The notes below the pieces were generated by a model that saw only the letters and a list, made by a program, of their open reading frames with translations, had not been told where the DNA came from and did not search any database. Of a stretch of 64,000 bases of DNA, positions 39,761 through 51,637 are shown piece after piece; positions within the stretch are counted from its first letter, which is position 1; each line of letters starts with the position of its first letter. The position numbers and the translations under genes are program-made. Origin of the DNA: Felis catus (Eukaryota); the NCBI RefSeq assembly GCF_018350175.1, contig NC_058383.1:28336001-28400000 (forward strand), read 5' to 3'.

Positions 39761-42700
39761 GCCTTTCCTGCCTTCCTTTGGTTTCATGCTTGAGGCACCC
39801 ATACCCAGCCAGCACTCACTCCCCCTTCTGAGGACCCCGCCGTGGTGTCACAGGTAGGTCCATCAGAGCTGCAGGGGGCCAAGGATGTGTTTGTGAGAAT
39901 GTCACCAAGAGCCAGTGCAGCAGGGTGACCCATCCAGGTGTCCCCTTGCCTGGCTGGGTTCCAGACTGGCTCTGTGCCACCAGTCCCCTACGTGGCCTCG
40001 AGCAAAGCGCCTGACCCCTCTCTGCTTTCGTTTTAGTGTGTAGATTCTCACAACGTCAGAGAGGAAAGGGAAGCCCTTCAGGGAACAAAGATTAGGAAAA
40101 CTGGGGGAGGCTTGGGGGAGGGCATCAACGGGGTCCCATATTCTTTTCCAGCATGCAAAAGTCCTCAGTGTGCAGAGCTGTGAGCCCATTGCAGCAACCG
40201 CCCAGCACAGGTTCGTCTCATCCAGCTGGAATATGAAACCATCTGTCCACGTGAGCAGAGGAAACCCTAGGACCTGGCATCAGACTGTGAACGTGGTTGA
40301 GACTCGGCCCAGCTGTCTGAACTCGCGCAGGTCGCTTCAATTTCTCAGTCTCACCTTTAAATCAGGATAACCGTAGCACCAGCCTCCTGGGAATGGATTC
40401 AGCGGTGCCCACAAAATGTCTCACACAGTATCTAGTATAGGGGTGAGTGTGCTCAGAGCAGCGATATTGCACATAAAGACAGAAAGAAGCAACTTTCCCC
40501 CTTCATAAATCCAGAAAGGAGGGATTTGAATTTGAATTTGAGTTCCCCTGGGATTTCAGGCCCATCCCTTTGAATCAGCAGTTCGGATGCGGTTGCCATC
40601 GTCTTGGTGGCCATGAATGGCCGATGTGGAGGCATGTCATATTTTCAAATTAAAAAAAAATTTTATTGTTTTTTATTTTTAATTTATTTAAAAAAATTTT
40701 TTTAATGTTTTCTCATTTTTGAAAGACAGAGAGAGACAGAGCACAAGCAGGGGTGGGGCGGAGAGAGAGGGGGGCACAGAATCGGAAGCAGGCTCCAGGC
40801 TCTGAGCTGTCAGCACAGAGCCCCACGCGGGGCTCGAACTCACGAACTGTGAGATCATGACCTGAGCCGAAGTCGGACGCTCAACTGACTGAACCACCCA
40901 GGCGCCCCCCCGCAAAAAAAATTTTTTTAATGTTTATTTTTGAGAGCGAGACAGACCGTGAGTGGGGGAGGGGCAGAGAGAGAGCGAGACACAGATCAGG
41001 AGCAGGCTCCAGGCTCTGAGCTGTCAGCACAGAGCCTGACATGGGGCCCGAACTCATGGGCCACGAGATCATGACCTGAGCTGAAGTTGTATGCTTAACC
41101 GCCTGAGCCACCCAGGCGCCCCCAATGTGTCATATTTTCAAAAGCTGCCTCGACTTGTCTGACAAGGAGATACTGTTTCTATAACGTGGTTATTTGAACA
41201 CCAATTTGAAAAATTTGAATTTGAAAAATTCCATCTACAGATTTCCCCCCCCTTCCTACTCTCTACTGCCTCTTGCTGCACATCCTAAGAAAAGTCATGC
41301 CTACCAGGAGGGCATAACTAAATCTCCGTAAGACACTCGACTCGTTTAAACTCAACTTTGTCCAGCTGGGTTCCTCTGATAAACGTTTCACCCAAGAGTT
41401 ACTCAAGAATTCCTTAATCCCTAATCCTTTTGGTAAACAAGGCATTGAATAACTGTATTGCTCATCCCTCTGAAAAAAAAAAACCTTTCAAAAGGTTCAA
41501 AAGGTGGCATTCTCATTTTACCTGGCAGATCCTTTTTACTTCCTCCAAAGGACTGACATTAATATCCACTGCCTTCCCCAACTCCCGCAAAAAAAAAAAA
41601 TCTACATTAAAACCTCCCACATGTCAACATTCCAGGGTGAGAACCATGTATGTGCCACAGTTCAGAAGTCGGAACCTGCAACCTCCACGGGTTGCATTTT
41701 GTCAGTCACTGTAGAGAAAAGCTGGGGTATAATTCCACTCCCGCCACACGGTCTACTTGCTTCTGGCCAGTCAGTTGTCTCCATGTCAGTTTCATCTGTG
41801 AGATGCGTTGCTTTGCGGGACTTCATTCATTCATTCTACAAATATTTGTTCGACCAGAGATGAGCAAGACAGGTAAGGTTTCTGTCCTGTGATGCAATCC
41901 AGTGTGGGCACCGGTGTGAACAGAATCACAGCCCCAGGGCATGGAGGCCACGCTGCCATGATGAGGGTGCAGGGTAGGGGAGTTTGGGGGCCGTCTGAGG
42001 ATGAATTTTGATGAATTCATACATGACTTTTGATAAATGCATACAATCACATAGTCACAATCAAGATGTAGAACAGTTCCAGGACTCCCCAAATCATGTT
42101 ATTCCATCTTTATAGACAGTTCCCTTCAATCATCCCAGCCCCTGGCAACCACCTTCCACACACTTTTCCAAAGTTCACACCAAAGAGACTTTGCCTCTTC
42201 CAAAATATGTAAGTGGAATCACACCTGATGTAGCTTTTTGAGTCCTGATTCTTTCACCAAGCACAATACATCTGAGATTCATCCACGTTGTTGCAGCTAT
42301 CAGTGACTGGTTCCTTTTTATTATTGACTATCTGTTATTCCATGGTACAGGCATATACTACAGCTAATTTATATCCATTCACCAGCTGGAAGGCATTAGG
42401 TCATTTCCAGGTGGGACGATCACAAATAGATCTGCGATTATTTCATACTGGCTTTTGTGTAGACGTTAAGTTTTTATTTCTCCTGGGTAAACAGCGAGGA
42501 GTGGATTACCGAGTTGAATGGTGAGTGTATGTTTGGCTTCATAAGCAGTTGCCAAAACAATTTCCAAAGTGACTCTACCACTTTGGTTTTCTACTGGCAA
42601 TGTATGCACACTCACCAGCGTTTGGTATTGTCATCGTGGCTTGTTTTCATTTCAGCCATTCTGATGGACACATAAAGATTTTTGTCTACTATAAACAGGG

Positions 42701-42987
42701 CTACACTGAATATTCTTATGCACATATCGTTGGTAATTAGATGTGAGTGTATGTGTAAGATGCATTTCTAAAACTGGAATTGATGGGTCATAGGGTGTGA
42801 AAGATTGACTAGATATTGCCAAATAGCCTTCTGAGAAGGTGGGGCCAATACACCCACATTCCAGCGAGGAATGGTGATGCCTGTTTCCCCACATCCTTTC
42901 CAACACAGTGTAGTACCCAATTTCAGTACACGTTTTTCAATGAAATTTTACCTTATATACATATTTCTTAATATTTAGTTTTGAGAG

Positions 42988-43032
<45 letters not shown>

Positions 43033-44392
43033 TAAGAAGTGGGGGAGGGGCAGAGAGAGTAGGAGACACAGAATCCTAAGCAGGTTCCAGGCTCTGAGCT
43101 GTCAGCACAGAGCCCAATACGGGGTCTAAACACACAACCCCCGAGATCATGACCTGGGCTGAAATAGGACGCCTAACTGACTGAGCCACCCAGGCGCCCT
43201 GAAATTTTACTTTAGATGATTGCTGTGTGAGTATCTACCTCATCGAGTTGTTGGTGACAACTTTAAGTAAGGCTTTAGAGGTGTACCTGTCACACAGAGA
43301 GTGGCAATGGATATTAACTATTGTAATGATTACCACTACTAATCAATCAATTGCATTACTATTTGTCTCTCTCTCTGAGTTGCTCATCAACATATCCAGC
43401 AATGCTTTTCTCTGAGGAGCTCAAACTTCCTACCTATGGAATTTAGTTAATCCTTATAAATCTCTTGAGATGTTGGCCAGGAATTCAGGCTCTGTGGGTT
43501 TTACAGAATAGGGAAGTGGGATGAATAGGGCCTTTCTAAATTTACAGAACAGATCTGAGTTCTACAAGGTCAAAATTAGAGTGCCTGGGTGGCTCAGTCG
43601 GTTAAGCGTCCCAAATCAGCTCAGATTGTGATTTTGTGGTTTGTGAGTTCAAGCCCTGCATTGGGCTCTGAGCTTACAGTGCAGAGCCTCCTTGGGATTC
43701 TCTCTCTCTCCCTCTCTTTCTCTCTCCTTCTCTGCCCCTCTCCCACTTGCATGTGCACATGTTCTCTCTCTCTCTCTCTCAAGATAAATAAACTTAAAAA
43801 AAGGAGGGGGGCACCTGGGTAGGCTCAGTCAGCTAAGTGTCCAACTTTGACTCAGGTCATGATCTCACTGTTCATGAGTTTGAGCCCCAGGTTGGGCTCT
43901 ATGCTGACAGCTCGGAGCCTGGAGCCTGCTTTGGATTCTGCGTCTCCCTCTCTCATGCTCTGTCTGTCTCTCAAAAATAAACATTAGAAAGAAAAAAATT
44001 AAAGGGGCGTAGTCAGGTAGCTCAGTAAGTTGAGCGACCGACTTGGACTCAGGTCATGATGTCATAATTTGTGAGTTTAAGCCCTGCATCTGGCTCTGTG
44101 CTGACAGCTCAGAGCTTGGAGCCTGCTTCTGATTCTGTGTCTCCCTCTCTTTCTGCCCCTCCCCTGCTCACATTCTGTCTCTCTCTCTCTCAAAAATAAA
44201 CATTATACATTTTTGGTTATTAAAGAAAATACACCAGGAACGAGGACACACATCATAACTGAAACAAAAGTTTCAAAAAACAGTATTTCCTTGTTTGCTG
44301 TTTGTTCCATTCCATTTCATTAAAAATATGTTCACCGGGGGCCACTAATAAATAGATTTTAAAACCTACTATGGGTAAAGACTAGCAGTTTA

Positions 44393-44835
44393 TAAATTTT
44401 TTTTAATTTTTTTCAACGTTTATTTATTATTTTTGGGACAGAGAGAGACAGAGCATGAACGGGGGAGGGGCAGAGAGAGGGGGAGACACAGAATCGGAAA
44501 CAGACTCCAGTCTCTGAGCCATCAGCCCAGAGCCCAACGCGGGGCTCGAACTCATGGACCGCGAGATTGTGACCTGGCTGAAGTCGGACGCCTAACCGAC
44601 TGTGCCACCCAGGCGCCCCTAATTTCTTTTTTTAAATATATTTTTTAATGTTTATTTTGAGAGACAGAGCATGAGTGGGGGAGGGGCAGAGAGAGGGGGA
44701 GACACAGAATCGGAAACAGACTCCAGTCTCTGAGCCATCAGCCCAGAGCCCAACGCGGGGCTCGAACTCATGGACCGCGAGATTGTGACCTGGCTGAAGT
44801 CGGACGCTTAACCGACTGCGCCACCCAGGCGCCCC
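44393..44835 (-). mobile_element. Tandem pair of SINEC_Fc copies inside one TSD
   Basis: TSD AAGACTAGCAGTTTA at 44378-44392 and 44836-44850. Confidence 0.9.
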
Positions 44836-45247
44836 AAGACTAGCAGTTTAAAGAGCACTGTTCTATGATCTAAGTCACAGATGCTGGCCTTCCTGGCAAT
44901 GGAAGGAAGCATAGAATTGGATTCCTAACTGGAATCACAGAACCTCCCACTGTTTTGGGTACAAAACTGGGATGGTTGAGTTTATTCGTTCATCAATTAT
45001 TCACAGATAGCTCTTGGACTCCTCATGTGTACTACCCAGTATTAAGTGTCAGTGGAAGAGAACAGGCCTAGAAAAGCAAGAGGCCTGGATTCCAATCACC
45101 TCCATTTGCTGGTGATCTTGGTTAAGCCTTATCAGTTATCAAAGACTCAGTTGCCTCCTTTGTAAAATGGGAGTAATAGTAGAGAAATCAATGAGCCAAA
45201 GTGTGTAAGATTTAGCACACTGTCAGGCTCCTAGTAAGTACTTAATA

Positions 45248-45423
45248 CAGGGGTTCTCAAGGTGTGATCCCCAGGCCAGCAGCATCCCCGTCACCTGAGA
45301 ACTCGTTAGAAAAGCAGTTCTCGGATCTCATCCTAGATTGACTATATCAGCAACCTCAGGAGTGGGGCCCTTTAACAAGTCTTCAAGGTGATTCTCAGAC
45401 ACTCTCAAGTTTGAGAACCACAG
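45248..45423. mobile_element. MER5A (hAT-Charlie)
   Basis: Termini CAGGGGTTCTCAAG and TTTGAGAACCACAG are inverted repeats, with a typical internal body. Confidence 0.8.
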
Positions 45424-45579
45424 GCTCAACACATGGTAACCATTGACAATTAGTCCCTGAGGCTGCAGAGACGAGCAGTGGGGACACGTTGGAAATATCA
45501 GTCAACTAAAGTGCCAGTGGCACGCAAAGGTAAAGGATCTTAGTCCTGACTCCTCCTCCCTCCTCCAGCAGCACGTAGA

Positions 45580-46130
45580 GAGCTCGCTGATTGGTGAAAT
45601 CCCTCCGGAGACTCACCACCAGACCAACCCCGGAGACAGAAAACTGAAAGGGGTGGGACCGAGTGTAGCGAGAGCGGCGCACCTATTGGCTGTAGACCAT
45701 GCCGCTGAGAGGGGCGGAGCTGCGCGTGCGCACAGCCGAGGCGCGCCCCTGACGGCGGTTGAAAAATGGCGACTGTCGCCGAGCTCAAGGCTGGTGAGTG
45801 CGCGTGGGCCGTTTGCCGGGTGAAAGGCGTCTGGCCTTCCTCTTGTGAAAAGGATGGAGCGAAAGGAGCGCGCGTGAAACAGAGTCCGGCTTTCCGGGGG
45901 CGCGGGGCTCGTTCTGCGGCGTTAGGGTCGGCAGAGCGTCCGGCTGGTGTGGCGGCCGCTGCGCCCGGGCCCTGTGTGAGGGAAGCGGTCGCACTGGGGC
46001 AGTTTTGGAATCGGCTTTGAGCTGGAGCAGGAGCTGCAGGACCCTCATGTGCCCGAGGGGCCTGCAGTCCTGCACGTTGGGCCTCTGGGCGCGTTTGTGA
46101 GACCGCTCTCGGGCCGAAGCTTTGGGCCGC
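45580..46130 (+). promoter_or_regulatory. CEP20 CpG-island promoter
   Basis: Two inverted CCAAT boxes (ATTGG at 45590 and 45685), GC box GGGGCGGAGC at 45711, NRF1-like TGCGCGTGCGCA at 45721, and YY1-like AAAATGGCG over the ATG. Confidence 0.85.
45766..45793 (+). CDS. CEP20: CEP20 exon 1, coding part (MATVAELKA)
   Basis: AAAATGG start context, donor GTGAGT at 45794, inside a CpG island. Confidence 0.95.
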
Positions 46131-49100
46131 TTCCTTCATGTGGGACTGAGTGATGACAGTACCCACAGCCATTACTGGGGTTAGGTACAATCCCAAACCG
46201 TTAGCTTAGTTGTCACTGAATCCTTGCAACCACCTGTGAGGTGCGTCCCGCTCTCCATGGGGAAAAACTGGCGGTGGGAAGCTGCCTGGCCATTCTCCAG
46301 GAGTTTTCAACAGAGTTCCACAAAGGTGCGAGTCGATTCAGCTGGAAACGTTTGTTCACCGTTGATTTTGTGCGATCGGATGTCCAGACAAATAATAGTA
46401 GTTATAGTTATAAGCGACAGAGCCTTAAATGTCAAGCACTACCCGATCCCAGTATTGCCTAATAGATCCTGTGTCACAATCTCATGCCCATTTTACAGAC
46501 TGGGAAATAGGGGTGCCGAGAGGTGAAATAGCTCGCGCAAAGCGCCTTAGCTAGGAGGCCGGGTGCGAGAGCCTAGATCAGCCGCACCTGAAGGCCAGGT
46601 CTTAATCCCTGGGTGATACTGCTACCCAGTTAATAAAACCAGTTGAGTTTTCAGGGAACTTGGGATCCAAATCAGTAATTCTTAAAGATTTGGCAGGGAG
46701 GGGTTGAATCCCTTTGAGAAGAGGATGCTGGAAGCATTGATGTAAATGTGTGTTTGGGCGCCGGGCTGGTGAACAGTCCTGGAAAAGGCATGCCTTTATC
46801 CACAAGAACAGAGTTCACGGGAATCCGATCTCACTCCCCGCAGGGAATACGTAACACATGCGATATTGCATCAGCTCCAGAGGATTTTTTTTTTTTAAAG
46901 ATTTTTTTCAGTTTATTTATTTATTTTGAGAGAGAGAGGGACAGAATCCCAAGCAGGCTTTGCACTGCCACCACGGAGCCCGATGCCAAGGCTCGAACTC
47001 ACACGAGATCGTGACCTGAGCCTAAATCAAGAGTCAGAGGCTTAACCCACTGAGCCACCCAGGCGTCCCTCTTCAGAGGGTTTAAAGATACTTTGGGGAG
47101 GGGGGCACCTGGGTGGCTCAGTGGGTTAAGCCACCCGCTCTTGATTTAGGCTCAGGTCACGATCCTGCGGTTGCGAGTTGGAGCCCTAAGTGGGGGCTCT
47201 GCGCTGACCGTGGGGAGCCTGCTTGGGATCCTCTCTCCCTGCCCCTCACCTGCTCATGCGTTCTCTCCCCCCCCCCCAAATAAATAAACTTAAAAAAAAA
47301 AGGTATTTTGGGATATTAAGGCAAGTTAAGAACCTCTTTCTGAAGTTGTTATAGCACCGTGTTTTAAACATAATAGCAGGAAGGGCAAAATAATACAGAA
47401 CCCCAAAAGAAGATGTAACTCTGGGGTTTAGGAGTGAGTGTCCTTCACAGATCTAGGGAGCCCTTTATGTTTTTTCTGCATTGCCCAGTTCTGAATATGC
47501 TCTGTGTTCAAGAGAATCTCAGTGACAGTGTGTTTCCCAGTCAGTTATCGTACATTGTATGGACTTGTGCCTTTTTGAAGCTTGCACATCTTTGCATCTC
47601 CCTTGGTTCTGCCTCCGAGAGGTGGAGCTCATCATGTTGGAGAGGGCAACTGAGGCGTGAGCTGGCGATGAGACGGACAGCCTAGATTTCCTAACTGCAG
47701 CTTCATTAATTCGCATTTCTCTGCTGAGTTTGAGGCTGTGCTGTGTGCACATACAGCCTTTGGGACAGGATCCTGGCCAGCGAAAACTCTCCCATCTACT
47801 TCCAAAGATGGAGTTAAAGAACGGGTTCGGTTATGATCCCAAGACTGTGATAAGGCTGGACCTTCCTTTTATGGGCCTGTTACAAAGTCTGATTGGGTGA
47901 TAACTGTACTTGCATACCTGCCAAATAGGTTGAAGGGATGATTTAAAAACAAGGAGCAAGAAAGGTTAAAATTCAGTCTAGATTGTATCTCTGTAATGGA
48001 ATCCTAAGACCCAGGTTTTTGTTGTTGTATAATAAAGCTTTAAAGGAATTTTATGACAAATGGATAAGTTCTTCGGGCTCTGTTTATGAGTTTTTCTTTA
48101 TGTTGATGTACTTATTTGGTGCCTTGGGTAGGGCACAGTATGTATTAAACTATGTTTATTACACCCTGTATTATAATGCTCCCAGGTAGAGTTTTTGAGC
48201 TCTTACTGTGTTCTAGGCACTGTGGGTGAGAGGTGTTGATTGTCTGGGTTTGTTACTTAGTCTTGAGGGACAATGTGAACGAAGAAGGTTCCAGATCACT
48301 GCAAGGAATGATGCCAATTCAGCCCTGTGCCCGTCAGTATCTATACTAACATTTATAGTAAAATCTCATTATCATAACTGATACAGCAATCCGACCCTTG
48401 CTCCTCAAGAAGTTAGATTACACTCAACATATATATCCCCGATGTCTCAAGTTGGCAGTGTTAGATTTCTAACTAGGCTTATAATTTCAGAATCCTGTTG
48501 TTTTTTAGGAAATTAACTTGTGTCTTAAACAAACAAACAAACACAGAAATACCTTTTTCCTCTGAATGGGCCATTCACCAAGGGTTCTGGATAGCATAGG
48601 TTTTTATCAAAAGACAACATATTCCTTCCTTTTATGGAATGCATTCATTGTCTTTAATCATCTTTCTACACCAGAGATTTTCATGACATGTAGAACCTAT
48701 CTGCAGTGCTAAACACTCTTGAAAACATACGAGACAGTAAGGGTTAATTTCAGGCTCCGGTGAGCTAATTCTATGCTCCCTTTTCCTCCCTCACCAAAGA
48801 TGCATACCAGACTATAGCTACTGACAGTGATGATGTTAGAAAGATAAACTTGAGTTTGCTTAAATATATTAAAATAGCAAATCATTGCAACTTGAGAACT
48901 TTATATTTTTATTACAAACATGAATTGTGGTAGCTAATTGGATAACTTCCATTTAGCACATTGTTTAGATCGAAACAGTGGGTATTAGGCCACTTTACTA
49001 GGTACACATTTTTCTTCCAAGTATGCCTAAGAATTGAGGGGTGCCTGGCTGGCTCAGTTGGTGGAGTGTGCGACTCTTGATCTCAAGAGTTTGAATGAGT

Positions 49101-51575
49101 TCGAGCTCCATGTTGATGTAGAGATTACTTAAAAAAAAAAAAAGAATGACCAATTTGTTCTAGAATTGAAACATAATATTTTATATTTAACAGTTTTAAA
49201 GGACACCTTGGAGAAAAGAGGAGTATTAGGGCATTTAAAAGCAAGGATCCGAGCTGAAGTTTTCAATGCCCTGAATGATGAAAGTGAACCCCGACCGCCG
49301 TTGTCTCATGAAAACTTTCTAATTAATGAATTAATTCGGGAGTATTTGGAATTCAACAAATATAAGTATACAGCATCTGTCCTCATATCAGGTAAGAGGT
49401 TATTGTTACTTACCTGAAACAACATCTGCTTTTTCCCTGCCCTCAATTCTCAGAAAATGTTTACGCTGGAAATCCGATTCCGTTACCACAGTGTCATCTG
49501 AGTGACAGGGACATAAACATCTCATGGGTTCTTTCCATAGCTTGAACAAGGTCTCATGGGGCTTACTGTATTGTAGGGGAAAATAAATAAACACTAGGTG
49601 CACCCTTTGAAAAATCGCCTGATACTGAGAATAAGCAGTTGTTGACATTTTGTTTGCTGCTAGCTTTTTTCTATAGATATACTTTAAAAATACAGTTTTG
49701 ATGTATATAGTTTTTGTTAAAAAATATGAAGCACTAGAGATAAAACTTTAAAATACTGCTACTATTATAGGTGAGGGATATAGGCAAATGTGTGTAAAAG
49801 CGTGATATTTAAAATGGATTAGGAAGGAGTTTACTTTCCTATTGGGGGTTAACCTTGGTATTGGGGGGAGGAGATGGACAGTTGAAGAGACATTTGTCTG
49901 TTAAATTTTATTTGTGAAGAAAGTAAAGAACTGAAAGGAATGCACGGTAGTCAAGACTTTCCCCTGGGCTGAGGGAGAAATGGGATTGGAAGGATTGCAC
50001 CTGTATCACTTGATGGCCTTGTTTAAGGTTTGCTCTGTGCTTTACGATTGTTTCACCTCTCATTAAAGAAAAGAAACCATGAAGTAGATTTTGGAAGAGA
50101 GAATGAGTTCTTTGAGATGTTGGAACTTTGATTTAACAGCCCTTTTATTGATATTCTAGATGTCTTATTTAATGTTAAGCGTATACCTTAACTGAGTAAA
50201 GACCAGGATTTTTCGTGGTCTAAGGATCTTCAGTATCAGTAGCCACTTTCCTCAGTTTGTTCCAGATGGCTACATAATACTATTAGTGCTCAGAAAAGAA
50301 GAAAACTGTGAAAATAGAATGAATGCGGTCTTGGACTTGGGCTTCCCTAAAATGAAATATGGTAACCATCATTTGAAGTTTCATATTAAGTGTCTCGGCT
50401 TTGTTCAAAAACTGAGGTATAGTTAACAGTACAATATACCTTTTTTAGTATACACTGTGATGAATTTTACCAAATGCATAGTTTTGTAACTACCACCTCA
50501 GTTACAGTCTCGATGTAGAGTATTTTTATCACCTCAAAAAATGCTCTGCCCTGTTGTGGTCAACTTCTTTGTCTACCCCCACCCCTAGCAACCACTGATC
50601 TGTTGTTTTCTGTACCTGTCATTTGCCTTTTCCAGAATGTTATAGAAATGAACCCATTCAGGAAGTAGCCTTTTGAGTCCGCTTCCTTTCACTTAGCATA
50701 ATGCATTTGAGATTCAGCTGTGTTGGGTTTTTTTCCCCCTGAATAGCACTCATTTGTATGGCTGTGCCGATTTTATCCATTATCGCCAGTGGTTTGTAGT
50801 TTTTGGCAATTATCAAGCTGCCATAAACATTCAAACACAAGTTTCTGTGTGAAAGTAAGCTTTCGTTTCTCTTGAGTAAAGAGCTAAGAGTGGGATTGCA
50901 AGGTTGTGTGTGGTAAGTACATGCTCACCTTTGTAAGGAATGGCTCAACCCGTTTCCAAAGTGGCTGTGCCATTTTGCCTCGCCTACTGAAAATCTGAAA
51001 AGTCTGTATACCTGGTGAGTGGTTCTTATCAAAATCATACGTGCTTTTTAGATGAATAAAGACACCTGATTTTTCCTCCAGAATCTGGTCAGCCTGTAGT
51101 ACCATTGGACAGACAGTTTCTCATTCGGGAACTAAATGCATTTGAAGAATCAAAGGATAACACAATGTAAGAACTTTTTTTTTCTATAATTTATTTATTT
51201 TTTTATAATTTACATTCCAGTGAGTTAACACATGATGCAACAATGATTTCAGGAGTAGATTCCTTAAGCCCCTTGCCCACTGAGCCCATCCCCCCTCCCA
51301 CAGCCCCTCCAGCAACCCTCAGTTTGTTCTCTATATTTCAGAGTCTCTTCTGTTTTGTCCCCCTCCCTGTTTTTATATTATTTTTGCTTCCCTTCCCTTA
51401 TGTCCATCTGTTTTGTATCTGAAAGTCCTCGTATGAGTGAAGTCATATGATATTTGTCTTTCTGTGACTAATTTCGCTTAGCATAATACCCTCCAATTCC
51501 TTCCACGTAGTTGCAGATGGCAAGATTTCATTCTTTTTGATCGCCGAGTAATACTCCATTCTATGTATACGTATG

Positions 51576-51637
<62 letters not shown>

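Noticed and set aside
22130..45000. Possible TRIMCyp-type fusion upstream of the PPIA retrocopy
   Set aside because: No RING, B-box or coiled-coil TRIM exon recognised by eye, and the CypA frame is disrupted. A TBLASTN search would be needed to exclude very decayed exons.
45699..45752. 17-codon upstream ORF before the CEP20 ATG
   Set aside because: It starts among the promoter motifs and is probably upstream of the TSS.
45540..46196. 218-aa minus-strand ORF over the CEP20 promoter
   Set aside because: CpG-island artefact with no recognisable domain.
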